NCBI RefSeq assembly: GCF_009914755.1
Contig: NC_060947.1
Source: the human T2T-CHM13v2.0 reference genome, Homo sapiens
DNA: 64,000 nucleotides
Reading direction: 5' to 3' (one strand)
Below, in pieces: positions 35,857 through 64,000 of the stretch (positions within the stretch are counted from its first letter, which is position 1; the number at the start of each line of letters is the position of its first letter). Both the position numbers and the translations under genes were made by a program. The notes below the pieces were generated by a model. It had not been told where the DNA came from, ran no database searches, and was given only the letters and a program-made list of their open reading frames with translations.

Positions 35857-36249
35857 CTACATAATCGCATTGAAGAAAACCAGATAATGACCTGATAACG
35901 ATCATTTATTTGAGGAAGTTTGGGAGTAAACTGTTCACAAATGAAAGGAACAATACAGGAGAAACACAACTCCTATATGATATTCTAAGATGCAGTATAG
36001 CCAAAGCTCATAATTAAATTGCAACTGGTTCCAACACATTTCTCTTCCAAACTGAGACCCAGTTTACTTTTTCATTCCACTACTCTGATGGGCACCTTCA
36101 ATTTTTTCTTTAACCACACAGTACTACTTGCCATTCCTGAGATTGACATACACTTTTCCTCCTCTGCATCTTTGCTTCACTTTGCCCAGAAAGCTTTTTC
36201 CTCCATTACCTTCCCGGAGAATTCCTATTCATCTTTCCATTGCCAGCTT

Positions 36250-36732
36250 GTCTCACTTGCTTATTGCTGCATAACAAAATCCCCCAAAACTGAGTGGCTT
36301 AAAACAACGTGCTTTATTATTTCCTAAGATTTTTGTGGATTGGCTGGACAGTTCTGCTGGTCTTGCCTGGGTTCACTCATGTGGCTGCAGTCAGCTGGTG
36401 GGTCATCTGGGGGCTTGGCTCAACTGGGACATTGTCATAGCTGGTCTTCTCTCTTTACATGGCTTCTTTCCAGCAGCATAGCCTGCACTTCTTTATATGG
36501 CAACTGGGTTCCAAGGGCAAAAGCAGAAGCTGCTAGTTCTCATAAGGCCTGCCTGGGCTCAGAGATCCCAAGATGTTGCGTTTGATTGGTCAAAGCAAGG
36601 TACATGGTCAGAGACTCAAGGGGAGGGGAAAGAGACTCTACCACTTGATGGAAGGAGCAGTAGAGTCACATTGCAAAGGGGCATGGATACAGAGAAGAAT
36701 AATTCATTGGGAGCCATTTTAACAATCATACA
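36250..36732 (-). mobile_element. Old MLT1-type MaLR solo LTR
   Basis: tattgctgcataacaaaatcccccaaaactgagtggcttaaaacaac is a typical MLT1 terminus. Confidence 0.72.
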
Positions 36733-37723
36733 GCTGAAATGTCACCTCTTAATTCATCATTTGTGATATGTATATATGTGTGTGTATATGTATATATACA
36801 TGTATGTACACATACTCATCACATTTTCTAATTACTTGTTCCTATGTTTCCTCTGATGATATTCTGGCATGCTCCTGACACATAACTGAAGGAGTCAAGA
36901 GTTTAAAAAAATAGGTACAGCCCAGACATGATGGCTCATACCTGTAGTCCTAACACTTTGAGGGGCCAAAGCAGGAGGATGGCTTGTGCCCAGGAGTTCA
37001 AGAGCAGCCTGGGCAACATAGCAAGACCCCCATCTCTACAGAAAAAAAACATTTTTTAAGGTATACAGTCTGAAAGGACAGCTTTTGGTAATCTTATATG
37101 CAAAAAGCGGTATTGGGGAGATGAAGCTGGAAATATAGTTTGGGGTCATATCATCAAAAACCTTGAATGCCATGCCAAGGGATTTAGATTTAATTTTGCC
37201 AGCACTTAAAACTGAAGTCAAGAACATAATCTCACTAGGTGCAGTGGCTCACACCTGTGATCCCAGCACTTTGCTAGGCCGAGGCGAATGGATCGCCCCA
37301 TCCCTACAAAAAAAAACAAAACAAAATATTAGCCTGGCGTAGTGGCATGCACCTGTACTCCCAGCCACTTGAGAGGCTGAGGTGGGAGGATCCCTTGAGC
37401 CCAGGAGGCAGAGGTTGTAGTGAGCGTGAAGATCGTGCCACTGCACTCCAGCCTGGGCGACACAAAGAGACTCCGTATCCAAACAAACAAACAAACAAAA
37501 AAAAAACGATAATCTCTTCCCAAACTACTTCTTTCCTGTTCAGGCGAATGTCAGAAACATGGACTCACAGCCCCACCCCCTTCATTCATCCAAATGGCTT
37601 CCAAGTTCTTATCACAATTCCTAACTATCTCTTGACTCATTCTCCCATCTACACTGCCACAACCTTATTTCAGGGCCTTGTCATTTCTTCTCTGACCTGT
37701 TATCATAGCCTCTTTTTTTTTAG

Positions 37724-37966
<243 letters not shown>

Positions 37967-38492
37967 TGAACCACCGCACCCAGCCCATAGCCTCTTAATA
38001 GGTTTCCTGATATCAGTCTTGCTCACTTGTCCATGCTCCATACTTCTACCAAAAGCATCTGCTGCTCGTTCCCTCATTATAAGCTTTTGTGGATTCCCAT
38101 CACTCTCAAGATAAAGTTCAGTCTTTAGCACTCATTGCAAGAGCCCTCCACAATTTGGCCCCTGCCTAATCTCTCTCCACTGTTCTTTGCCCCTTCTCCT
38201 TTAGATTTCAGCAGTACCAAACTTCTTGTAGTTCCTCAGTTCATGCCTTCTTTACGTCTTGGTGTATTTGCCCATGCTAGACTCTCTCTCAAATACTGAA
38301 TACTCTCTCATCCCTTCTCTGCCTAGGTAAACTCCCAGTTTTCTTTCAGTCTCAATCTCAGACCAGGCACGTTGGCTCACACCTGCAATGCCAGCACTTT
38401 GGGAGGCTGAGGCAGGAAGATTATTTGAGCCAGGAGTTCAAGACCAGCCTAGGCAATATAATGAGACCCCCATCTCTACAAAAAATATATTA

Positions 38493-38774
<282 letters not shown>

Positions 38775-38881
38775 CTAGAGAGGGACACAAAGAAAGTTTG
38801 AAAAACATGTAAGCTTGACCAGAATTAATATATTAATAATATGTGAAATACAATACAATAATACAGTGACAGGAAGCTTGG

Positions 38882-42567
<3,686 letters not shown>

Positions 42568-42749
42568 CTTGGTTATAGTGGAAATCACATAAATTTTGCA
42601 TCCTAATGGACCTGAGTTTTAATTCTGTCCCTGACCTCCTTGTACAAGTCATTTAAATTATCTAAACTTCAATTTTTTTCACCTATATCATGGAGATAAT
42701 AATATATAATATCGAGATAATAATATGGGAGGTTTAAAGATAAGGTACT

Positions 42750-47060
<4,311 letters not shown>

Positions 47061-47165
47061 TAGAAGTATTTAAAATATTTGTCGGGAAGGATGTGTACCA
47101 ACCTAAAAAATGATTATCTATGGAAAGAAGGGAAAGAAGCAGGTTGGGATGGTGGCCAAGGGGAC

Positions 47166-48001
<836 letters not shown>

Positions 48002-48011
48002 AAGACTTTAG

Positions 48012-48251
<240 letters not shown>

Positions 48252-49227
48252 TGACCTCGTGATCCGCCCGCCTCGGCCTCCCAAAGTGCTGGGATTACAG
48301 GTGTGAGCCACTGTGCCTGGCCAATGTTCTGATTAAAAAAACATTTTTTGGGGGGGGGTACAGGGTCTTGCTCTGTTGCCCAGGCTGGAGTGCAGTGGCA
48401 TGATCAGGGCCCAGTGCAACCTCAACCTCCCAGGCTCAAGCGATCCTCTTACCTCAGCCCCCCTGAGTAGCTGGAACTACATGCGCCACCACACGTATCT
48501 AATTTTTTTGAATTTTGATAGAGACGAGGTCTCACAATGTTGCCCATGCTGGTCTTGAACTCCTGAGCTCAAGCAATCCTCCCACATCAGCCTCCCAAAG
48601 TGTGGAGATTACAGGTGTGAGCCACTGTGCCTGCCCTATTCTGACTTTTTTTTTTTTTTTTTTTTTGAGGCGAAGTCTCACTTCCCCAGGCTGGAGTGCA
48701 GTGGCGCTATCTAGGCTCACTGCAACCTCCGCCTCCTGGGTTCAAGCGATTCTCCTGCTGCGGCCCCTTGAGTAGCTGGGATTACAGACGCCTGCCTCCA
48801 CGCCTGGCTAATTTTTGTATTTTTAGTAGAGATGGGGTTTCACCATGTTGGCCAGGCTGGTCTAGAACTCCTGACCTCAGGTGATCCACCTGCCTTGGCC
48901 TCCCAAAGTGCTGGGATTACAGGCATGAACCACCATGCCCGGCCAATTCTGACTTTTTAAAAGGAGAATGGATTCATGTATTACATTTATTATTAACTCT
49001 ATCTTCAGAGAACCAAAATATGTCAAGCCTGTATTGTTATTCCCAGGTAAGATATAATGAAACTGAAAGGTTAAATGATTGTCCCAGTCTTTCCCCTTAG
49101 CTCTCCCTGACACATTCACAGGGAAGTTGCAAAGACAAATGCAGCATTATAATATAAAAGTATTTGGAACTCCTTGTTAACACATAGAAATATAAGGTAT
49201 TGTCATTTCCTGATTTTTCCTTCTCAC

Positions 49228-49514
49228 CTTCTTTTCTTAGATATTCCACACCAAAGGAGTGAGCTCACACACATTGAGGAAGACAGTGGAGGCAACAAAT
49301 GTCTCATAAACATGGGAATTAACTCCATGTTACTTTCAAGGTTTGAGGATGTGCCAAAAGTTGTCTGACCCTCGGAGCATGGAGTGAATACGACTTTGGA
49401 AATCATTGAGAATCAATGCTTTAGAAACATAATTTATGGGCACAGTAGCTAGACAGCAACATTTGCAGTGGAAAATTCCTCTAACTCCCAGGTTAAAGGA
49501 TGGGGATAATTATT
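49228..49514 (-). pseudogene. TEX15-like relic, segment E (287-nt exon)
   Basis: Strong acceptor ttttcttctccag| (phase 0) and donor AAG|GTGAGA. NNYPHPLTWELEEFS...MISKVVFTPCSEGQTTFGTSSNLESN in one frame (includes ORF 49224..49406), versus recalled TEX15 YAIHLLSRELQELS...ISTYIDFVPYIASINYGSTVTELEYN. Confidence 0.75.
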
Positions 49515-49857
49515 CTGGAGAAGAAAAATGTACTTTGAAATATGTAAGAGGAAGGCAGAAAAAATTTAAAAGGGGGGAAAACTTTATGTGAATATGTGAA
49601 TATTTATAAAATCCTGAAGTCTCTTGACTGTATTTTTGAGGAAAAGCATATTGACCTGAAATCTATTTGGGAGACTTTCTATTTTACTTAAACAGAGAAA
49701 AAGGAATAAAGGTGGTTCTGTTATCAACAGTGTTTTAAAACCCTCTTTCCACCAAATTAAGAAAAAGCTACTGCATCTTAGATCTCAGAAGGTCTTGTGT
49801 AACTACTTGAATCTGTAAACAGGGAAGTGGAACAGTCTCCATACCCTTCCCCCTTAC

Positions 49858-50940
<1,083 letters not shown>

Positions 50941-51072
50941 TTTTTTTTTTTTTGAGACAGAGTCTCGCTCTGTCACCCAGGCTGGAGTGCAATGGCGTGA
51001 TCTTGGCTCACTGCAACCTCTGCCTCCTGGGTTCAAGCAATTCTGCCTCAGCTTCCTGAGTAGCCGGGATTA

Positions 51073-51246
<174 letters not shown>

Positions 51247-51300
51247 TTAAAAACTTATGGTTTTGATTTATTTTTCGCAGGCAAAGGCACTATGTCTCAC

Positions 51301-52234
51301 CCATTTCCCTGTCTTCAAAATAAATTGTTTGTAACTTTCTAAACATTTGCAACTATCCTCTTGAGCATCAAAACCACAATTTGGTTGAAGTAATGATGTC
51401 ATGACAGCAACTTATCTTACATATTTTTGATTCTCTTTTAATTTTCATATACTGCTATTTGTAGATTGAAGGATAGAACCTGATTTTCCATCAAACAGCA
51501 TACCATTTTTTGTACTATATATAAAAAATCTGATCACTGTACTTCAAAGCTCTTTGAACTCTATTTCACAACAGTTGTTATGAATGAGTGTCTTTTCCAA
51601 CTCTGTTTTGTTATTTCTTCTTGGGTTGTAAGACTGAATTCATCAGGTGGGTGTTTTATTGGTCTTAACTTGCTGAATGGTAGGCTGTAAACCTTAAGAA
51701 TGTTTCAACAACTCATAAAGGAGTAAAGACCCCTGTTTAAAAGTTTCTGATGATTGAGATCTTAAATAGACTACTAACCTCATTAAGTTTCATCTGGTAG
51801 TCCTTTTGACAACTTATAATATTTAGATTTTTATCACTTTCTCTTTCTAAAGGTTGTGGAAAAGCGTCATTTATTTATTTTTTTTAATAGGGACAAACAA
51901 CTTGGTATAGCCCCTATTTTTTTTGCTTTTTCTTGTGCTACTAGTTGATATACTTCTTTAAGAATATCTAATTGGCTATAATGTTTTGCCCTGGAAAGTG
52001 ACTTTAAATTGATTCTCAAAGTGTTCTATAAGCCATATTTAAATCTGAAAGGATAAAACCTCAGTAAAGACTCCAAGGCTGATGTCATTTTCTAATTTGG
52101 CACCTAGACATTTGGAAGTCCCACCCTCTGTGAAACAAGTCATCGACTTTCATTGTTGGTAGCCAGCTCTTCATTTACAGCTCTGAGAAAATGCATGCCA
52201 AGTTTTATAGCTTCGTAAATAAATCAAAAAGCAT
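51301..52234 (-). pseudogene. TEX15-like relic, segment C (934 nt, first TEX15 domain)
   Basis: Acceptor T11-AAG|AT (phase 1). Reads DAF*FIYEAIKLGMHFLRAVNEEL...SALESLLRFY...YQMKLNE...YSLPFS...DFLYIVQKMVCCLMENQVLSFNLQIAVY (51530-51447)...NV*KVTNNL, with two frameshifts; possible donor GG|GTGAGA at 51301. Confidence 0.72.
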
Positions 52235-52673
52235 CTTAAAAAAAAAAAGACTATATGAAAGGCATTCCAAACTAATGGATATATCAAATATTTATTGATC
52301 ACCAAGTTTTATTTATTGAGCATCTACTGTGCTAGACAGATGTTTCTACTCTTGAAATGAATAAGTACACTAAGTTTGGCTAGGCAGCAGAAAACTTGAT
52401 CTTGTATCCACTCTCTGTAAAATGTGTTCTCTAGTGGTGCAGAGAAACAGCCTAGGACTTGGGGATGAGAGGATTAGGGTGTTGCTTTTAACTGTTACTG
52501 GACAATGTGTTATACTGGGGAAGTTAATCTCCTGACTCTTCGGTTTCTTCTCTGAAAAGTGAGGTAGTTGGTGTGGATGCCCCTCTATGTATCTTCCACA
52601 CATTCTTCCAAATGAAGGGAAGGGACAAATGTGGAACGCGATATTCAAGACAGATTTTATGCCAAGCATGTTA

Positions 52674-52940
<267 letters not shown>

Positions 52941-53137
52941 TCAAAAAAAAAGAAAAAAAAGAGAGACTTTGTGGGGAATATGAGGCTTGACGAAGTCCAT
53001 TGAAGGATTTAGAAGCCTGGGAAGCAAGCAGTGTGTCTGGGCATAGCTAAATTGGTTCCTGCTGCTAGGTATGTGATTACTTTTCGTTTATGGCATATAA
53101 TAAATAACTACAAAGCTAAGATAATGTATATATTTAC

Positions 53138-53195
53138 CTACTTCCTTGGGAAGACAAGTTTGAAAGATGCTTCAGGTGATTTGAGGATGAGAAAA
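53138..53195 (-). pseudogene. TEX15-like relic, segment B (3' end of an exon; acceptor not identifiable)
   Basis: SHPQIT*SIFQTCLPKEV plus phase-1 donor GTAG|GTAAAT; G+AT of the next exon gives D. Compare recalled TEX15 QNLWNNCKHTLKPCAVD. Confidence 0.5.
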
Positions 53196-53244
53196 GATGG
53201 CATATTAAAATATATTATTATCATTATTAGGTACTTATCACTAG

Positions 53245-53467
<223 letters not shown>

Positions 53468-53684
53468 TGAACTCCTGAGCTCAAGCGATCCACTCGCCTT
53501 GGCCTCCCGAAGTGCTGGGATTACAGGCCTGAGCCACTGCGTCTGCCCTTATCACTAGGTTGGTTGGTTGGTTTGTTTTTGAAAATGTATCAACTCAGGT
53601 TAAAAGTAAAACAGAATAACTCATTGGTTATAATCACACACACAAAAATTCATAAATCTGGACATGATCTTTGAATTAGATTCC

Positions 53685-53886
53685 TGACAAATATGTTTTA
53701 ACTACTGGCTCTCCTGGGGGAAAAATAGACTGGTCTCTAGTGTTTGCTGATTTCCATGGTGTAAATACTCCCATCATGGCTGATTTCAAGCTATCAACCT
53801 GAAATCACTGAACCAGAGTTGGGAAGACATGTGTACAATCAATTCTAGTGAGATGGTGCTAGAAGACTGTAGCACACCGCCACTGT
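53685..53886 (-). mobile_element. MER63A-like hAT element
   Basis: ggtgtaaatactcccatcatggctgatttcaagctatcaac...gcacaccgccactg. Confidence 0.7.
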
Positions 53887-54283
53887 ATATAAAGTATGCA
53901 TAAGGAATATATTTATATTACCTTTCTTTCTGAACCATTTGAGGATAAGTTGCAGGCATAATGCACCTTTTACCCCTAAATATTTCAGCATGTACTTCTT
54001 TTTTTTTTTTTTTTTTTTTTGAGACGGAGTCTTGCTCTGTTGCCCAGGCTGGAGTGCAGTGGCGCGATCTCAGCTCACTGCAAGCTCCACTTCCTGGTTC
54101 ACGCCATTCTCCTGCCTCAGCCTCCTGAGTGGCTGGGACTACAGGCTCCCGCCACCATGCTCGGCTAATTTTTGTATTTTTAGTAGAGACGGGGTTTCAC
54201 CGTGTTAGCCAGGATGGTCTCGATCTCCTGACCTTGTGATCTGCCTGCCTTGGCCTCCCAAAGTGCTGGGATTACAGGCGTGA

Positions 54284-54517
<234 letters not shown>

Positions 54518-54663
54518 TAGCCATGATGGTCTCTATCTCCTGACCTTGTGATCTGCCCGCCTCGGCCTCTCTGGGATTACAGGCATGAGCCACCGCGCCC
54601 GGCCTGTACTTCTTAAGAATAAAGATATCCTCCTACATAACCACAATGTAATTGTCAAAATCA

Positions 54664-54930
<267 letters not shown>

Positions 54931-54995
54931 TCATTGCACTCCAGCCTGGGTGACAGAGCAAGACTCCATCTCCAAAAAAAAAAAAAAAAAAAAAG

Positions 54996-56001
54996 TTTGG
55001 TCCAGAATCTAATCTGGTACTGTCTATATATTTGAGATAAATGTATTTTCTCAGAAGTTTCTATCCTTAGCACTCTTTTACTTTGCAAACCTCCACTCAT
55101 CCTCTCTTCACACCTCTTAATCTTTCCACAAGCAGTTCTAGCATTAATTTCTAGTGTCTAACATTAGAAGTGCTATCAGCATATAACAGTAAACTTGCTA
55201 CCAATGATAGACATCAAATGCTGATAGTAGTGATAGTGTTTTAATTCTGTTTCTTTTTTCCATTTTTTTTTTCCTTTTTGCTTTTGCTGATTTTCCTTTT
55301 TTATTGACCACCATGGCTAAGGCCAATAGTGTTTGAATTTTACTTAATGTTGGTAGTTACAGTAGCAAATACTTCACTTAAACTTAAATAGTCTTTATTG
55401 TCATTAATATGAGTGTCCTCCTTAATTATTAATATGACCTTGGCTTTATAAGCTTGTATGTGTACCAATAAAAGAGAGTCTTGTTGGAGGTTCTGGGCAA
55501 TATTAATTTTAACTAAATCACTTTCAGCAATATAGGGAAAGAGCCAAAAAATATTTGTTTTTGGGGGTAGGGTTTATTTTTTCTGTTAACAACAATGCTT
55601 CTGTTTCTGTAAGTCTGAGTTGATAGGTCTGCTTGTGGCTTGATAAATGTTTTGTTGTTTATTAAAAGTTTGCACTGAGGCCGGGTGTGGTGGCTCACGC
55701 CTGTAATTCCAGCACTTTGTAAGGCCGGGGCAGGCGGATCACGAGGTCAGGAGTTTGAGACCAGCCTGACCAACATGGTAAAACCCCGTCTCTAGTAAAA
55801 GTACAAAAATTAGCTGGGCATGGTGGCGCACGCCTGTAATCCCAGCTACTTAGGAGGCTGAGGCAGGAGAATCACTTGAACCCAGGAGGCAGGGGTTGCA
55901 GTGAGCCGAGATCATGCCACTGCACTCCAGCCTGGGTGACAGAGCAAGACTCTGTCTCAAAAAAAAAAAAAAAAAAAAAAAGAAAGAAAAAAAAGTCTGC
56001 A
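54996..56001 (-). pseudogene. TEX15-like relic, segment A (Alu at 55679-55990; 3' end lost at the Alu/L1 block)
   Basis: Acceptor ttattttttcag| at 56002. A long frame reads ...CLSLVASLLLYADSTSNV (55213-55160)...VEVCKVKEC, versus recalled TEX15 LIANLSQILQRADEASSL...FVEAFERKQEC. Confidence 0.6.
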
Positions 56002-56650
56002 CTGAAAAAATAATGCAAATGTCATTTGTCTACACAAACTAACCCTATGACATGTTTACTTAATACAGATAACTAGCATCAATGGCAGTGTTAAGTCATG
56101 ATATAATTAGTTCCTGATAGGAAACAATTATTTTGGCTAGTATTTCTCAAATGATTTAGGCAGAAGGTAGTTTTTCCTTGAAATTTCCAGATATTCATAA
56201 GTTTCAACTTTGCTTCCATGGAGACACCACCATTCAGTGAAGGCTGTGCCTCTATATGCAAAAGTACACAAAAAAAGAAAACTGAATGGATTATCAAAAA
56301 AGACAAAATGAAGTTGTTCACTGTAGTTACCATCTTGTTTCAGGCTAAAAAGCATATATACCTCATCTAAACCCTGGCTACATTTTCACTGCCACTGCTT
56401 AGTTTGGCCGCATCACTTCTTAGACTGTGTATCTCTTTCCAGTGCATCACGCAGATCGACATCTTTCTAAAATGTCAATCTGAATATGTAGCTTCCATGG
56501 CTCTCTATTGCCTATGGGATGCCAAAATCCTTCCTCAGCACTGCATACAAGGGCACTCTATGATTGGGCTCTTGCTTATGTCTCCAGCACAAACTTCTCC
56601 AGTTCTTTGTTTTAGTATTTCAAATTATTTATTTATTTTTTAAGAGGTAG

Positions 56651-56950
<300 letters not shown>

Positions 56951-57198
56951 TAACTTTTTGTATTTTTAGTAGAGATGGGGTTTCGCCATGTTGCCCAGGC
57001 TTCAGTTCTTTTAGTAGAAATCCCTGCCCTCCATTTTCTAGGTGTTAGCTAAATTAACTACTTGTAGTTCCAGGAGGAGATGGGCTCTCTGTTTTGATTT
57101 CCCATTCCTTTGTTCATACTCTTCCCTGGGCAAAGCTATCTTTTGTTTGCCTAATGAAGACTATGTCACTTTAATGCTTTTTAAAATTTTATTTTTAA

Positions 57199-57324
<126 letters not shown>

Positions 57325-57530
57325 TAGTTCATCATTTGAGCTCTTACCATCCTTTTCTGACTCCCGACTCCAGAATCCTTTTCTGACTCTTGCCCACATT
57401 CTCCTTTGTGTGCACATTCTACTTTTGTCAATCTTCTATAATAGCACCTACAACACTTGATTGAATTTCTTTGATCCCGACTATCTTTTCTTAATAGGTT
57501 GCAAGCTCTTTAAGGTCAAGAGTTGTGAAT

Positions 57531-58170
<640 letters not shown>

Positions 58171-58277
58171 TTCATTTTTCTATGACCAGCCCATAGAATA
58201 CTGTGTGGCTGGCTGGCAGAAGGCACTCAGTAAATACTGTTGAATGAAGAACAATTTTAATCAGAATTATCTGGATA

Positions 58278-58481
58278 GCCACTGTTCAATGTGGTAGCCA
58301 CTAGTCACATGTGGCCATTTACATTTAAATTTGAATGAGTTAAAATTAAAAGAAATAAAAAATTCAGTTCCTCAGTTGCACTAGCCACATTTCAAGTGCT
58401 CAGTAGCTACATGTGACTACCATGCTAGATTAACACAGGTTATAGAAATTGCCATCCTTGCAAAAAGTTCTAAAAGTGCTG
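58278..58481. mobile_element. MER3-like hAT MITE
   Basis: gtagccactagtcacatgtggc...aaattcagttcctcagttgcactagccacatttcaagtgctc. Confidence 0.75.
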
Positions 58482-58511
58482 ATTTAGATAATTATTTCTT
58501 CTCCTATTTCA

Positions 58512-62455
<3,944 letters not shown>

Positions 62456-62459
62456 TGTT

Positions 62460-63550
<1,091 letters not shown>

Positions 63551-63718
63551 GTATAAGATCTTAAAACTTCCATAAGTAATACATGCTCACTGTAAAAAAA
63601 AAAAAAAAAAGAATAAAATAAGGTGGAAATATATAAAACGAAAAGTAAAATGACAAGTCATGGAACTGTACTGCCTCTTTCCTGAGTAGTAACTGTTGTT
63701 AGGTTTCCTGTATATTCA

Positions 63719-63859
<141 letters not shown>

Positions 63860-64000
63860 TTATGCATATGCAAGCAAATACATGTGTATATAAATATATA
63901 TATATTCCAAAATGTGATCACAGTATACAGGTAATTGCAACTTGATTTTTTCTCATATCTTAGACATATTTTTTTTTTTTTTTGAGACAGAGTCTCGCTC

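Noticed and set aside
49241-49340. Apparent + strand 100-nt cassette exon (cttttcttag|ATATTCC...TCAAG|gtttga), in frame with XIAP exon 6
   Set aside because: Its pyrimidine tract is simply the complement of the purine-rich end and donor of the minus-strand relic exon; the donor is weak and it lies beyond the XIAP poly(A) sites.
56091-56333. 80-aa minus-strand ORF with a signal-peptide-like N-terminus
   Set aside because: The hydrophobic stretch is better explained as a translated T-rich splice-acceptor tract; no recognisable family.

Overview
Human (primate) genomic DNA, very Alu-rich. The + strand carries the 3' half of XIAP (BIRC4, Xq25): three coding exons (1131-1173, 8894-9094, 15389-15582; linker, UBA and RING domains, ending ...KQKIFMS*) and a ~6.8 kb 3'UTR ending near tandem AATAAA signals at ~22335-22354. 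The remaining ~42 kb is intergenic; from recalled synteny it runs towards STAG2, which is not in the window. It contains many Alus, a full-length THE1 (MaLR) element with matching 5-bp target-site duplications (TSDs), MLT solo LTRs, and MER2/MER3/MER5A/MER63/MADE1 DNA-transposon relics. The main discovery is on the minus strand at ~49.2-56.0 kb: a decayed, multi-exon coding locus, largely invisible in the ORF track because of stops, frameshifts and Alu insertions. Its hand-translated segments match, in colinear order, both helical TEX15 domains of TEX15 as I recall that sequence, and it has canonical, phase-compatible splice sites. It is a candidate unitary pseudogene of an X-linked TEX15 paralogue. 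The TEX15 comparison is from memory and needs a real alignment. Almost all listed ORFs are Alu/L1/LTR artefacts. Repeat boundaries and subfamilies are assigned by eye and are approximate.
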